This document shows, piece by piece, positions 1-13,530 of a stretch of DNA of 64,000 bases (the stretch's first letter is position 1; each line of letters begins with the position of its first letter). The notes beneath the pieces are model-generated. The model ran no database searches. It worked only from the letters and a program-made list of their open reading frames with translations, and had not been told where the DNA came from. The stretch comes from Ginglymostoma cirratum (taxonomy: Eukaryota), in assembly GCA_024137785.1 (NCBI GenBank), contig JAHRHZ010000093.1, positions 3,786,087 to 3,850,086 of the forward strand, given 5' to 3'. Position numbers and translations under genes: made by a program.

Positions 1-51
1 TCTCCTCTAAATTCACCTTTTTTTACCTTAAACCTTCGTCCCCTAGTAACT

Positions 52-387
52 GGGGAGGCAATGGACTAGTGGTATTATTGCTGGTATAATCTGGGGACCT
101 GGGTTCGAATCCCACCTTGGCAGATGGTGCAATTTCAATTCCATAAAAATCTGGAATTAGGAGTATAATGATGGCCACAAATCCATTGCCGATTGCTGGG
201 GAAAAACCCATCTGATTCACTAAAGTCCTTTAGGGAAGGAAACTGCCATCCTTACCTGGTCTGGCCTACATGTGACTCCAGATCCACAACAACGTGGTTG
301 ACTTTCAACTGCTCTTTGGGCAACTAGGGATGGGCAATAAATACTGGCTGAGTCAGCATCGCCCACATCCTGTGAGTGAATTAAAAA
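52..387 (+). mobile_element. tRNA-derived SINE (called family B here) ending in the tail of a CR1/L2-group LINE
   Basis: Head has A-box-like tggactagtgg and B-box ggttcgaatcc; tail gggatgggcaataaatactggc...gcccacatcctgtgagtgaattaaaaa; homologous copies at 40960, 61811, 62530. Confidence 0.85.
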
Positions 388-2534
388 GTAATTGACATTT
401 CTACCCTGGGAAAAAGACTCTGACTATCCATATCCCTCATCATTTTGTAAACTTCTATCTGGTCGCCCCTGCCTTCCACCCTCTCCATCCTTCAATGTTC
501 AAGTGAAAATCATGCAAATCATACAAATGCGACTTGAGAATGATATTTTGATAGCTCAGCCAAGAGGCCATTCCTCATTTCTGAGACTTGACAATGAAGG
601 CTATTCGACTGTGAGAGCATCAGGACTTCGCCTGAAGCTGACACATAAATCCTTTAAACACCAGGATTGTTTACTATGATTTACTAAGTAAATAAAAGGC
701 CAGTTTTCACCTATATTGCCCAACAGCACTAAGCCAATTGTGGTCGTCCAGATTTCAGGCAACTCAACAGGACTTAAACCACTATAATGTGGCAAGGATT
801 ATTCTTTACAAAGCATAATTTGCATGTCACCTCGCTGTTTATACTACTTTTCCCAGACATGCTCTGTGCAACTTATTTAACTTTCCTTCAACAGGGTAAC
901 AGAGGTACTACTGGAGTATAAGAGGAGGATACCTAGCCATGATACACCATGCAAGGGGTGATAAAAGGAGGACAAAACTGGAGAGAAATATTTAACTGGA
1001 GGTTTTCATAGTTGAATATTTCAGTTTTCAGTCTGTGTTTTGTTAGCATGGGATTTAATCTAACAGCAATCCACCCAGAGGGAAGAAACAGTATATGAAA
1101 AAAAAGTAATACTTGGGAGTGAACATACTGGAGCTCCAACTTGAAGTATGCGAGATGAGTCGGACCAGTACGTGCCATTTGCAAGATTTTCCGAGGGTTT
1201 TTGCTGGATAATGAGAGGTTGTAGCACCCAACAGCGAAACATACAAAAAAAACCCAATTGTATGCTCAAAACAAAAGCAGTCCAAGCATACAAAAGAGCC
1301 TGTGGAAACCAATATCTTCCATCGAGGAGAGATGGGGAGAAAAGGTGGGGTATGGTTGGGGAGGGTAATAGAAATTAACGTTCACAAGCTAACGTTAACT
1401 CAGAATGTTTTCCTCGGATTCATTCATGGACAGTTGAAGTCCTCAGTGGAGACTGGAAATCCATCAGCTTACTTTACCAAAGATTGTCCAAGTGTCTTGT
1501 TAGACCAGCGGGACTGATGATAATTTATGGCCAACCCATGACCTCATTGGCAACAGCCTGCGGAGTGGCTTCAATGGGAGAGTGCTCATAATTTAGTGGC
1601 TGAGTGTAAAGTAGACAGGGACAATCTTTTATATGTGGGCCGAGGGAGGGGCAGAAGGCTGGGTGACAACATGTGCCACCCTTCAAAGCAGACAGCAGGG
1701 AGGTGTCTGGGTCTCTGGGCCTTTGACCTCTGATTTGTTTTCCCACAAGGCCTAAGACCACCTCCCCCGCCCCACCTAGCAAGCAGTGAGGCTATTTCGC
1801 TGTCTGAATTAGTCACATAAATGAATAAGCCTCCTAAGTGTTTCCAAAAGGCAATTGAGAGGTTGGTTCATTTGCACCAAAATGTAGCCCCGCTGGTTTA
1901 AAATTAAAACATACACCCAAGTTAAACCTTTCCCTTGTGCCCGCTGACCCATGGGATAAGTCTTGAACTCACATGAAAATAGATCCCAGCCTCTGGCATT
2001 CACCTAACAAAATCCTTTTCTAATTCCTTTCTTCTCTCTATCTCGCCAAGGTTCCACACTGACTGAGATGTCACACATCTTTTGAACGCTGAATTCATTC
2101 ACTTTGTACTGAAGTAACATCCTTTCCTACCACACAGTGGCTCGAGAGCAGTAGACAATTCCTGACATTAGGCATTTCAGGTCAGGAGGTCTTGACAGCT
2201 TAAAGGGCCACCTCTATGACTGAACAATAAACCCTCTTTTACTGATAAGATGATTTAAAGGATTCACTGTGTTGTATGGTGTCTTCACAACTGAAACTAT
2301 TCATTTGGCATTTACTGTCAACCACAAGTGGACTCATATGTCTGTCTATGTTAACTTGTCACCAAACATGGTGCTGAAAAATGATCAAATAATTCACGGC
2401 TGGAAAGAGTTTATGATCTAAAAACTGATTAATCATCCTTAGTTAGTTCAGTACTCACAATATTATTGAACTTATGCCACATGCAGCCCTTTATCCGAAC
2501 AGTCTGATCCTTTTTACTGGAATGACCTACAAGG

Positions 2535-3060
2535 GCCACACAATGACCATTTCCAACAAAAGGGAATCTGACCATCTCCCCTCAACACCCAGCTGTTGAA
2601 AACTAAACCCCAGGGGCGCTTAGTAAGTGCAATCACCTTAATACCTTGACCACAAGAGCAGTTCAGACGCTGGGAATTCTGTGGCAAGTAACTCAGCTCC
2701 AGGTTCCCTGTAATCTGTCCACCATCTGCAAGTCAGGAGTGTAATGCTTTTCTCCCCACTTGCCTGGATGAGTGTAGTTCCAACAATAGTCAAGAAGCTT
2801 GATACCATCCAGGATAAAGCAGCCCATTTCATTAGCATCCCATCAACCACTTTCAACATCCACTCCCTCCACCAACTCTCAGTAGCAGCAGTGAGCACCA
2901 TGCAGAAGATGCATTACAGAAATTCACCGTGATTCCTTCCACAGTACTTTCCGATGCACGACCTCTAACACCTAGAGGAACAAGAATAATAGGCCCATGG
3001 GAATACCAGGCACCTGCAAGTTTCCCTCAAAGCCGCACTTTATCCTGACTTGGAACTTTT
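2535..3060 (+). mobile_element. Degenerate CR1/L2-group (Crack-like) LINE ORF2 C-terminal fragment
   Basis: ORF 2744-2932 KKLDTIQDKAAHFI...NIHSLHQLSVAAV; inverted homolog at 11440-12050. Confidence 0.8.
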
Positions 3061-3377
3061 GCCACCTTGCCTCCATATGATATTCTATCTTACGCATTAT
3101 TGCTTATGGTCTCTTCCATAACATAAGAAACTGGGTATGACGATCTTGGTACTAAAGGATCCAACTGACCCAGGTATTACAGATAATTATTATGTACAAG
3201 TATTTCATTCCTCAGGCTGATAAGTGTCTGGGCTATTACTAAGCTATTAGTTTGCAATAGAGGGGCATTTTTCTAGTAGAATGTCATGCTTCAAGTAATC
3301 TCTAGGTTAAGATGGAGTCTGAGATCTTTATACCCTCTGTTCAAGGACAAGGTAGGTGAGGGGTTATCAGAGATAGG

Positions 3378-3419
3378 TCTGTAGGGTCCCCAAGCGGAAA
3401 ATAAGGTGTTGTTCCTCCA
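3378..3419 (-). mobile_element. Tiny Penelope-like element fragment (end of GIY-YIG ORF)
   Basis: Minus strand reads EEQHLIFRLGTLQ, resembling the vertebrate PLE ORF C-terminus. Confidence 0.55.
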
Positions 3420-3449
3420 TACATTATAGAGGTTGATTATAGGGGTGCA

Positions 3450-3840
3450 CTTGAGAAAGGGTCAAAAGATAGGTTGATGAAAGGTTTGGAAAACACATTA
3501 GAGAAAGGAATACCAAAGTGTAGAGTTGAGGATGGGGAAGGACCTGTCATCAAAGATGGAGTAGATGGAGAGAGGCTAGAATCACAGACTGAATGTTGCG
3601 GGTAAAGATGGCAGGTATGTGGGTGCAATGAGTTCAACAAGGAGATTTGTTGGTCAAAATGAGGATTTTACACTTATTCATCAGAGACAGGAGGGATGAT
3701 GTCATCCATTGAGAAGGGTGTGGTGATGAGCTAGCAAGGGTCAGCATGGGACAAGAAGAAAACAATAGTTTTGGAGGATGTGATAGTTCTGGATGGTGTG
3801 GGATAGAAGGCCAGCAAGGAGCTGCCAAAAAGTGGTATTG
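3450..3840 (-). mobile_element. Old L2 LINE 3' ORF2 remnant
   Basis: Minus strand gives ...KILILTNKS... and ...APTYL..., resembling the L2 C-terminal FKILLLTYKAL..APxYL motif; frameshifted. Confidence 0.5.
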
Positions 3841-3854
3841 AGAAGGTGTACTTT

Positions 3855-4278
3855 AGAAAGTCCGAGCAAATTGAGGCTCATCTGCTAGTACAGTATTCAG
3901 GGAGTGCTGCTCTGTTGCAGTACTCTATTTTGAACACTAGTGGACTGAAAGAATCCAATGATATTGTTTCAAATCAGAGCAGGCAGGGGTGTCTCAGTCA
4001 TCATTCATGTGTCAACCAACATAAAATAGTGCCATTCGTGGGAGCTTGCTGTGTACAAAATGGCTGAGTTCCAGGATCCGAAACGTGAACTCAAATTTCT
4101 CTTCACAGATGCTGCCAGCTTTTGTTTTTGTTTTTGATTTACAGTATCCGCAGTTCTTTCTGGTTTTATTTGGCTGTGGTGTTGCCTACATTACAACTGG
4201 TGTCTTACATCTCATCACTTAACCATCTGTGGAGTGCTTTGGGTTGTGACAGGTGCTATAGAAATATAGGTCGTTTCT
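3855..4278 (+). mobile_element. DeuSINE/SacSINE1-like SINE interrupted by a PLE-derived insert
   Basis: cagtattcagggagtgctgc and gtgggagcttgctgtgtacaaaatggctg...cctacattacaac motifs; L2-type tail gtgctatagaaatatag. Confidence 0.65.
4067..4170 (+). mobile_element. Short PLE terminal-repeat insertion (family 2) with internally deleted ribozyme
   Basis: ccgaaacgtgaactc...cacagatgctgccag...cagtatccgcagttct, homologous to 59275-59410; flanked by tggctg at 4061-4066 and 4171-4176. Confidence 0.7.
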
Positions 4279-6837
4279 TTCGAGTGGCAGAGTCCAGCTG
4301 AGCTTGCTGCCCTTCTTGGGAAAACATCTTTTGCTGCTTCTCCTCACCACTACAGTGTGTCCTTCAGCTGGTAATGTGAGGATTGACTGGAACATCCCCC
4401 ATACGGACTGCTCATATCAGTTGTGAGGCTTATAATTACACTGCACACTCTTTGAAATCATTACGTGAAAAAATGTAGTCGCTCAAAAGGGGAACCCTGC
4501 CATAGCCTTTGACTGGTGTAGCGATCACAGGGATAACAACAGTATTAATTTTTCAATGTCAGGTTAGTTGTTAAACTGGACAATTAAATAGCAATCACTT
4601 GCCTTAAACAAATAACTCTCACTTGTGTGTGTGTGCGTGTCTGTGTTAAAGTATATGCCCAATGGTACTATTTTTAAATGCGAGTCAAAATGAAACCAGT
4701 TCAAATACGAAGAGGGCAACTTTGGGTCATGCTCTGCATAAAGGGTGGGAAGAGGAACTTTTTTTCTCTCTTAAAAATTGCCATAGGTGTACAGAGCTGA
4801 CTCATGTTCTGTGCCGCTCTATCCTGCCACATCTAAAGAGCAGCACTTTGTAGCATTGTTTCTCAAAAGCTGCTGTTGAGTGCTTCTCTGTGCCTTTTAG
4901 TGGTTTACACCTTAATCTCGTTTGTTTGATCCGCCAGAATTGGGTTACCCCCCGAGTGATTGATATCCAGCATCCGAGAGGCTGCTCGCTGTCATAATTA
5001 TACGGCAAGAGTACACACAACAAAGCCACATGCTCTACAGCAACAGAAAATGCCACAGAATGATGAAAAATGCAAACAGGTTTGACAGCTAGAGATGTTA
5101 AGGAAGCATGATATCAAGCACCCCAGGCAGGGGAAATGAATTATAGAAAGCTAGGTGGCTTTGTTTATTGTTCAGCTTTTCTGTTTTGTTTTTATTTTTG
5201 GTGTCCCTGAGGGAGGAATGAGCTAGTGGGCTGCCTTTCTATTTTTAAAAAAAAAGAAATAAAGAGAAAGGATGGCTGAGGTATCTGGACAGGGTGGAGT
5301 GATGGTCAGGGGTGGAATACTGGTCGCTGTATCTGATGCCTTCAGCCTATTCACCCGGACGACAGTGGGAAGTGAGGAAGAGGGAAAAGAAATGGCAACG
5401 GTACAAACAATCCTGATGGCTTTTATTCTGCTCTTGATCTACCATCAGCCTCTCTGAGCTCTGAATGACAGCTGACATTCTCCACTTCATGGATGGGAAC
5501 TCCGAGCAGTTTGATGGTTATCGACGCAGACAAGTGTAGGAAAATGTCAAGCCTGGAATATTTCCACAGCCTCTCTCTCTGCCACCCCCACCTCCGTATC
5601 CCTTTATATTCAAGTGTATTCTGGGTTTATGTGTTTCTGTTCTTTATCACTCCTGAGAGAGGGGGGAAAAGGCAAGCTCTTTGTGTGACGCCAAAAAATG
5701 TTAATACTCTTCCCAACCTTGTGTTACATTGTCATGTCAAAACCAATTTAATGGGGAGGGGTGCAGGAGGGAAGCATTCTCGATACACAGAAAATTAAAC
5801 AATTAGCAAGCAAATAGGTTCTCTGAGAGGCCAGGGAGCAATGTGAAGAGGTAAGATCCAACCCACCAAGTGTATTGGATTTTCATATGAAAGGGAGTCT
5901 AAAGGTCATATCTCCGCATTGCTGTAAGGTTCCCAGCAACATGAGATACCTATTGAAGGCCTTTGCATGCATAAATGGTCATACAGAAGGTGTTGCCGAT
6001 TAAACTATCGTATTTCAAAGGGCCTACAGTAAGCCAGAAAGGAAGAAAAGAGGCCTGTGTCTTTTGTTAGTCAAAGAGCTACAGTAGGTGATAATTAACC
6101 CATTTTTTGTTAAGAAATCCCATGGACAAAAGTCAGAGGATTACCACCCAATCTATTGTTGCTTCAAGATAAGGATGTTTTATCCCACTGTACAATAGGC
6201 CCAGTGAGCCCTGTGGAGATGGCGATTAGAAAGCAAACTGCTACTTTTTAAAACGTTGTACAATATAATATTATTTTAAATATAATTAAAGGGATTGTAC
6301 TATATAAATGCAAGCTCATTCCTGAGAGCATTGGGAGCATTATTAACAGCAGATTTGTACAACTAAACGGCATCATTCCCTGATTTATGGCTCTTGGTGT
6401 TTGGCTAAAATTTTTATTGGGCAAGATGCAATTACTATTTCATTAATTAGTGCTTAATTAATGCAAAAGTAGGGTATGATTTATAAGTTCGATCGATTAG
6501 CTAAGTTTCTAGCCCAAGTGTACAAACAACATTTGAAAACATTTAAATAAGTGAAAAAAATTATTCTCCATATCGAAACCCCCTTATGACTGTTCTAGTT
6601 TGACCTTAAGTACATCAGAAAATTAGTAAATATTAATTTCTAACTGAAAATCCCTTATAATATTAAAATATATAGTCACGTCAAAAGTAACATAATATTT
6701 TCTCAAAGACTTTGTTTCTTTTCCTGTCATTTCTTCATCTCAGAGGCTATCTCCCACTGAAGTGCAATTTAATTGTCAACAGACATCTCACTCACTTCCA
6801 GTGAGTCAAGTCATGGGGACATGTAATGCAACAATTA

Positions 6838-7080
6838 CTTACATTCATGTAGTTCCTTTAATGTATTAAAACATCATTAACCAATTCAACAGTGGCAAAC
6901 AAAATCTGAGATGGACAAGGGGATATTAAGAAAGGTCACCAAAGGATTATAGATTTTAGAGGGAGTCCTAAAGCAAGAAAAGAGGTGGCGAAGAATTAGA
7001 GGGATGTCTGGAGCTTAGGGCCTCAACAAACTGAAGGAATGGCCTCCAATGGAGGAACATTTAAAATTGCGGTTGTGCAG
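6838..7080 (-). mobile_element. L2 LINE 3' end remnant
   Basis: Tail acttacattcatgtagttcctttaatgta and gagcttagggcctcaacaaactgaagg, typical of an L2 3' region in reverse. Confidence 0.55.
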
Positions 7081-7084
7081 GAGA

Positions 7085-7262
7085 CTAAAATTGGATGAAA
7101 GCAGACATTTGATTTATTGCCTTTCGATCATAACCCTGGACATTGTTTCCATTTAAATAATCATCCAATGCTTTCTTGAATGCCTCAATTGGACCTGCCT
7201 CCACCACACTTCTAGGCAGTGTGTTCGAGATCTTAACCAGTTGCTGCATGAAAGAGTTTTTT
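7085..7262 (-). mobile_element. CR1 LINE 3' fragment
   Basis: NTLPRSVVEAGPIEAFKKALDDYL...QGY, the CR1 ORF2 C-terminus. Confidence 0.85.
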
Positions 7263-7507
7263 TTTTCTCTTTCTCTCAATCATTGCAGGGCACCAAAAGC
7301 CATGTCCAGACCTGCCCTCAATGGGCATGTGTCAAGAATTTCCTACTCAAGGGCCACAAATGGCAACTTTCACACCTTTGCTGATGCAGCACAGGTCACT
7401 CACCAAAGGTGGAGGTACCTTTGGTCTGAATGGTGCTGCATTTACGGGAACATAGCAAAACCCACACACTCTCCTCTAACCTAACCTTTTGCCAAGTTCT
7501 GCCAGGA

Positions 7508-7700
7508 CTCTCAGAGATAGTAAGAGATAACACAGTGTGGAGCTGGAGGAACACAGCAGGCCAGGCAGCATCAAAGGAGCAGGAAAGCTGACGTTTCAGG
7601 TCAGGACCCTTCTTCAGAAATGGGGGAGAGGAAGGGGGCTCTGAAATAAAGAGAGAGAGGCAGGGGTGGTGATAGCAGGTAGATAGTAGAGCGGACAAGT
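7508..7700 (-). mobile_element. PLE terminal-repeat fragment (family 1) with minimal hammerhead core at 7590-7617
   Basis: Minus strand ctgaaga-a-gggtcctgacct-gaaacgtc followed by agctttcctgctcc...tgtgttatctc. Confidence 0.75.
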
Positions 7701-8782
7701 GGGAGAGAAGGACCCTGACTGGGGAGTTGGAAATAAAAAATGACCAAATGTCTGGCCTGTTTCTGTTTCAGGTTTCACTGACACGCAATCTATTCTGTGT
7801 CTCTAATAAGGTTACTTGTACCTAAACTGGACAGAACCTCTTAGACTGATGCCTTGGTTCTCCCTGGCTCTCTGACCACCACCCATTCTGACTGACAGCA
7901 GGGTTGAAAGGGAGTAAATCCACTGACACCATCCTTGTTCCTGTCCCCTACACCAACATGCATGCACTACTACTCTATGCACTTTCTGCAATTGCCACAG
8001 CTAAGTTATCTCTCATGGTGGATCCAGGGCCACCTCGATAATGAAGTCAAGCTTTGGAAAAGTGAGCAGTGATCATCCCTTGATGTAAACTGCAACTTAA
8101 AAGGAACAATGGGATATCCACACATCAGCAAGGAACCAGAAGACCTCTCCACGCTGATGGACCCATACCTTGACAACAGATTAATCTAATTCTGAAAAGA
8201 AAACCTGAAACTTTATCTTATCTCAGTTACTGCGGCTCATATTGGCCCATTTGGATAAAAGTCATTCTGATGAAATCCCTCAATTAATTAAGGTCTGTTT
8301 CAGCACATCTTGAGAACTAAGCTCCTAGGTGTCAATAAATAGTTATGCCATTTCATCAGTGATGTTTTTCTTGCTGCTTGCAACTTAGTAAAAGACCTTG
8401 TGATCCAGTTCCAACTGTTTAATGTTCTAGGACGTGACAAAACTAAGTAGCTCTTTTCTCTGTCTCTCTTTTTTTTTGCTTTCCAGTCTTTTGTAGTAAT
8501 GACAGGTCTCTTTAACAGCAAGTGAAGCTCCTTGTCCCCCCCTACAGCATTCAGCCTTCCTTTTCTCACTGTCAGTCAGAAGTCGCAGCTCTCATCAAAT
8601 CTGAGCAGGGCTCCTCCAGGCCGTAGCTGGCCACTGACAAGGCCTCCCTAATCCACACAAATCAGATTAGCCTAAATTTCCTGGCACAAGAGCCAGCAAA
8701 CTACACCTCACACTTGCCCAGGTCATGGCATCAAGCAATCTCTCACACACATCACTGCCCCCTACAGAATAAACCAATGTTT

Positions 8783-9087
8783 CACAGAGTCCCTACAGTG
8801 TGGAAGCAGGCCACTCAGCCCACTAAGTTCACAATGATCCTCCTCCAAACAGCACAACCCCGCTCTATCCCTATAACCCTGCATCTCCCATGCCTAATCC
8901 ACCCATCCTGAACATCCCTAGACACTGTGGGCAATTGATCATGGCCAATCCACCTAACCTGCACATCTTCAGACTTTGGGAGGAAACCCACACAGACACA
9001 GGGAGAATGTGCAAACTCTACACAGTCACTGAAGGTAGAATTGAACCCGGGTCCCTGGCGCTGAGGGGCAGCAGTGCTAATCACTGC
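8783..9087 (-). mobile_element. HE1-type V-SINE
   Basis: tRNA-like head, V domain (gagtttgcacattctccc...gatgtgcaggttaggtggattggcc) and CR1 tail ctgtagggactct. Confidence 0.9.
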
Positions 9088-11004
9088 TCTCATTTGGATG
9101 AGAGCCTCAGAAAATCAACACTACTATCCACAGCCTCGTCAAGGAGAGAACTCTAGACTTCCACTCTCTGCTCAGAGCTGTTTCCTGGCATCACTCTTGA
9201 ATTGTCTCATTCAAACACAGCACTCTCAGTAGGAGGTAAATCCAACACAGTCTTCAGGAGAATTTTGTTTTGCCCAGACAGATTAGTTATAATGGGCGAC
9301 TCATGACCAGAAGGAGGAACTGAGGGGAATATCAGCAATACCTTCAGAGGGAAAGCTGACAACTATAGGAGGGAGAAAGCAATGTTGTAGAAGGTGAAGT
9401 GGGAGAATATCTGAGTAGAGCATACACCCCAGCATGTTGGGCCAAATGACCAACTCCTGTGCTGTAAACAGAATACAATGTGATATTAAGGTTATGCCTC
9501 TTGATTGTGGACATCCCCTCAGAGGATGAGACTGTTATCCCTCAAGCTTCCTGATCAATTCCTTTCATTACCTTCAACACCTCAATCTGACACATTATAT
9601 CTCCAGGAATTCAAACTTAATCTCCCAAGCAGTGTGGTGAGGAGCCCAGGAGTTTGCTCTTAAAAAGGCATCAGCGATCATACAGTAATAGAATTGTTTT
9701 GGTGCAGGCACCACCTAGCCTATCATACCTGCACTGACAATATGGTGTTTTCTCTTGTTTTTGAGCACTTTTGCTAAATTAATGATGAAAAGTAGTAAGA
9801 AGTTGCGGGAAAGAGACCGTTGGAGGGCCGGGGAAGGCGTTTGGTCTCCATATGATGGCCCTCAAGAAGTATGTCAGCCAGCATCAGTAATCCTTTGTAT
9901 ACTCTCAACTAACATCTAATGAATCCTTGCATTTACTTGTCCTGTTGCAGCCAATTGATGTAGTGTTGAGGTTAGTGAAGTTCAGTCAGCCCTAGTGAGG
10001 CTGTGCCAGTTTAGGTGGCATTTCAGGTGCCTCATTTCATTGTTACCCTGTAATTATTTTCCATTCTACCTGAACTATTGAGCAGGATTGAATTGCATTT
10101 CCAAAGCCTATGCTTTCTGGGAGCTGATGCATGGGATTCAGGGGAAAAACAGAGTAACTGGTGCAGGGGCTCTGGGTGAATTGGCCAAGTAATCAGACAG
10201 AAGATTCCTCAGTGGGCAATGACACACATTTTATCCTTTCCATCATTGCCTCCAGTAGAAATCATCATCACTTTTGTGCCATGTGTTCCTCTCCAGCAAG
10301 CACTGAGGTTCTTATTGAGGGCACCATTTTCGTAAGCAGGAGTCAACGTGGAATAACTCACTGAAGGACAAGATGGGAAGGGGTGGTTGTAATTTGATCA
10401 AGAATCATGGGTTTTGGCTGCCTCAGACCTGCCTCAGAAACCCACCAATCAGGCCGTGTTGACCACAAGGTGGGCCTTTCCCTGGAATGAAGACCCTGGG
10501 GGCAGACATCCCACCTGCAGGGGGTGCAGCTGTCTATCAGCACCACCAAAGAGACCAGATTAAGTATCTTGGTATCGCAGATGACTCATGATAAATGGAA
10601 GTGATGTGTGTGAGGTAGGACGTGACAGAGTATTTCTGAGTTGGAGGTCATAGGTACAGAGGAACAGGGTCTTTTACTGGCTGTCACCGGTCATCCCCCA
10701 TCCTCTGTCCAGTTCCTTGATCAGACACTGAGTTCCTTTGACTGAGGGACCCACTCCACTTCCACTGAGATGACATTTAGCCCACACAATTTGACCTGTT
10801 GGGCACACTGCATGGAAATATGCCTGCTTGTAGCTGCATTAATTCCAGTAACATTGAGACAAGAAGCCTTTACGTGGTCCCCTATTGGCTGCATAAGGGC
10901 CTTGGTTACTGGCAGGGCAGCAGGCTGACCATGGTCTTAATTCTGGTAGAGGCAGGTTGCAATGGGTGTTGGGTAGACCCTAATTAACTACTTTCTCGTA
11001 CCAA

Positions 11005-11365
11005 AAATGTTGCTCATTGGGTGCAATGCTGTAAATGTGAGGAACGTAACAGCCAAGTTTCATGCAGCAAGCTCCCAACAAGATTATCTATTTCATTTTA
11101 CATTAGTTAGCTGGGAGGAGCTAAATCCTGGCTGGAGCACTGAGAAAAACTCTCACGTTCCCTGAAGCAGTGCCTTAGCGTCGTGTCCTTCAACCCAAGA
11201 GGGCCTTGGTTTATTGTCTCGTTTGAAACGTGGCTACTCAAACAATACAGCACTCCCTCAGTGCTGTGCTGGTTTGTCGATCTAGGTGGTATGCTGAAGT
11301 TTCTGAAGGGAGGTCATGAAGTCAGAAGCTTCTGATTCAGAGACGAGAATGTTACACACTGAAGC
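11005..11365 (-). mobile_element. DeuSINE/SacSINE1-like SINE
   Basis: gcagcaagctccca, cagcactccctcagtgctg and cttctgattcagagacgaga, i.e. the Deu domain and tRNA head in reverse. Confidence 0.7.
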
Positions 11366-11439
11366 ATTAATCTGGATTTTGTGCTTAAGCAGCTGAAGTG
11401 CACCAGAAATGTTTGTCTTCAGCTAAGGAAATTTGAGGG

Positions 11440-12050
11440 TTTTTTTATGTATAGACTTATGGGATATGGTGTCAGCATTTTTTGCCCATCTCTAATTGCA
11501 CTTGAGAAGATAGTGGTTAGTTGCCTTCTTGAACCGCTGCAGTCCATTTGATTTAGGTAGACCTACAGTGTTACTGGGGAGGGAGTTTCAGGATTTTGAT
11601 CCAGTTGACACAGAAGGAACGGCGATATATCTCCAAGTCAGGACGGTGAGTGGCTTGGAGGGGAACTTGAAGGTGGTGGTGTCCCCACATATCTGCTGCC
11701 CTTGACCTTCTGGATAGAAGTGGTAGTGGATTTGCAAGGTGCTCTCTAAGGAGGCTTGCTGAATTTCTGCAGCACATCTTGTAGATAATACACACTGCTG
11801 CTGCTGAGCTTCAGTGGTAGAGGCAACAAACATTTGTGGATGAGGTGCCAATCAAGTGGGCTGCTTTGTCCTGGATAGTGTCAAGCTTCTTGAGCATTGT
11901 TGGAGCTGCACTCATCCAGGCAAGCGGGGAGTATTCCATTACACTCCTGACTTGTGCCTTGTAGATGGTCGACAGGCTTTGGGGAGTCACTCACTTCAGG
12001 ATTCCTACACTCTGACCTGCTCTTGTATCTAAGGTACTGACAAGGCTAGT
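11440..12050 (-). mobile_element. CR1/L2-group (Crack-like) LINE 3' end, 5'-truncated
   Basis: Reverse homolog of 2535-3060; includes the tail shared with SINE family B. Confidence 0.85.
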
Positions 12051-12899
12051 CCATTGGAAGCTCGAAGTCTGGTTTCATCTACGGAGTGCAGGAAGGACAA
12101 AGTGCGGCTATTTGGGTACCAGAAGAGATGTGGGATGACCACGATACTGAAAATGGAGGTGATATCCATGGACCATGTCAATTTGGAAACCACAGAAAAA
12201 GAGATGGGAATAAAAATAATGAAAGAAAAATAAATGAATAAAATCATTATTCACCCTGTCAGATGGGGTAAAAGTTTGAAATAAAACAAAAGCAGGACGC
12301 GTTTTTTCTGTAATGTTCCTATTAGCTGATGATTAAAATACATCACAAGTGCTTCAGTAATGATGTGAATTATTTTACCAATTAATGGACATTTTCCTCC
12401 TCATTATCGCTAAATTAAAACACACTGCGATCTCAACTTGCAGAGATTTGCTGATACGCTATTTTCTGACATTCTTCCGAAAGTGGTCGAATTTCCCCCC
12501 CTCCCCACATGGATTTTCACAAATGACAAATTTGCAGAAATATTGTGGAATATTTTGCAGGAGAAGAGCCTTTTTGTTTGCACATCAGCACATTCTTCTG
12601 CTCAGAAACCAACTGAGGTAAACTTGTCATTAAGTTCATTCTTTTATGTAGAAAAAGACATATTGCAGTGGCAAAGCCTGCATGTTCACTTGGGGCAGTA
12701 AGACCCTTTTGTCTCTTTCTTTCCATCACAAGCCCTCGAGTCTCCCAACCACCACCTGGCAAATCCAAATGGGGTTGGTTGGCTGAAGAGGGGCCAAAGC
12801 TCCACCCTTATCTGTTACTTTTTCTAAGTGATCATCACTGCAGATGACAGTGGAAAGGGGGCAGATTACTTGCCAGTGGCAGCTATTTCCTCTCACCTC

Positions 12900-13130
12900 A
12901 CAGGATTACACACAAGGAGTCCATTTTTGCCATCGTGTCGGTACTGGCTCTCCGAATGAGTGATTTACCTAATGCCGTTCCCCGGGCTTCTGCCCGTAAC
13001 CCTTTACACTGCTTCTTTTCAGAAAACAATTTAACTCCCTTCTGAATGGCTCAGTTGAATGTGCCTCCACCACACTCTCAGGCCGTGCATTCCAGACCGT
13101 AGGCACTCACTGTGTAAGCAAGTTGTTCCT
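12900..13130 (-). mobile_element. CR1 3' remnant
   Basis: gcctccaccacactctcaggccgtgcattccagac (WNALPESVVEA in reverse) plus CR1-type tail. Confidence 0.7.
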
Positions 13131-13414
13131 CTTTTGCCAATGACGTTATCTCATACCAGAAATTTAGTCAAAATATTATTCTGCTGAAATATTATATTCC
13201 TTCTCTTGTTTTCTTAACTGGATTGATACGAACGATCAATCCCACTTCAACATGATGCTAGACATGTGGTATTAAATAGTTAAGAGCTGTGCAGGGCACG
13301 CAAACAAACTTGTCACTGCTTTAAGAAGAAATTCAATGATGCTCTGCATTGCTGGGTCTGGCTAATTGGACTTGGCACATCACCTCATTGGGCTTAGTGA
13401 TCTCAGAAATATCA

Positions 13415-13530
13415 GAGGCTCTTATGGTGCAGAGGTGATATCCCTCACCTCTAAGCCAGGATATCCCAGGTTCAAGTCCCACCTATACCACAAGCACACC
13501 ACAACAGACTGGTACAGGATATCACAAATA
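13415..13530 (+). mobile_element. Short tRNA-derived SINE
   Basis: ggctcttatggtgcagagg...ccaggttcaagtcccacct; related copy at 16082. Confidence 0.55.

Noticed and set aside
10611-10625. let-7-like start tgaggtagga
   Set aside because: The match ends after the seed and there is no precursor hairpin.
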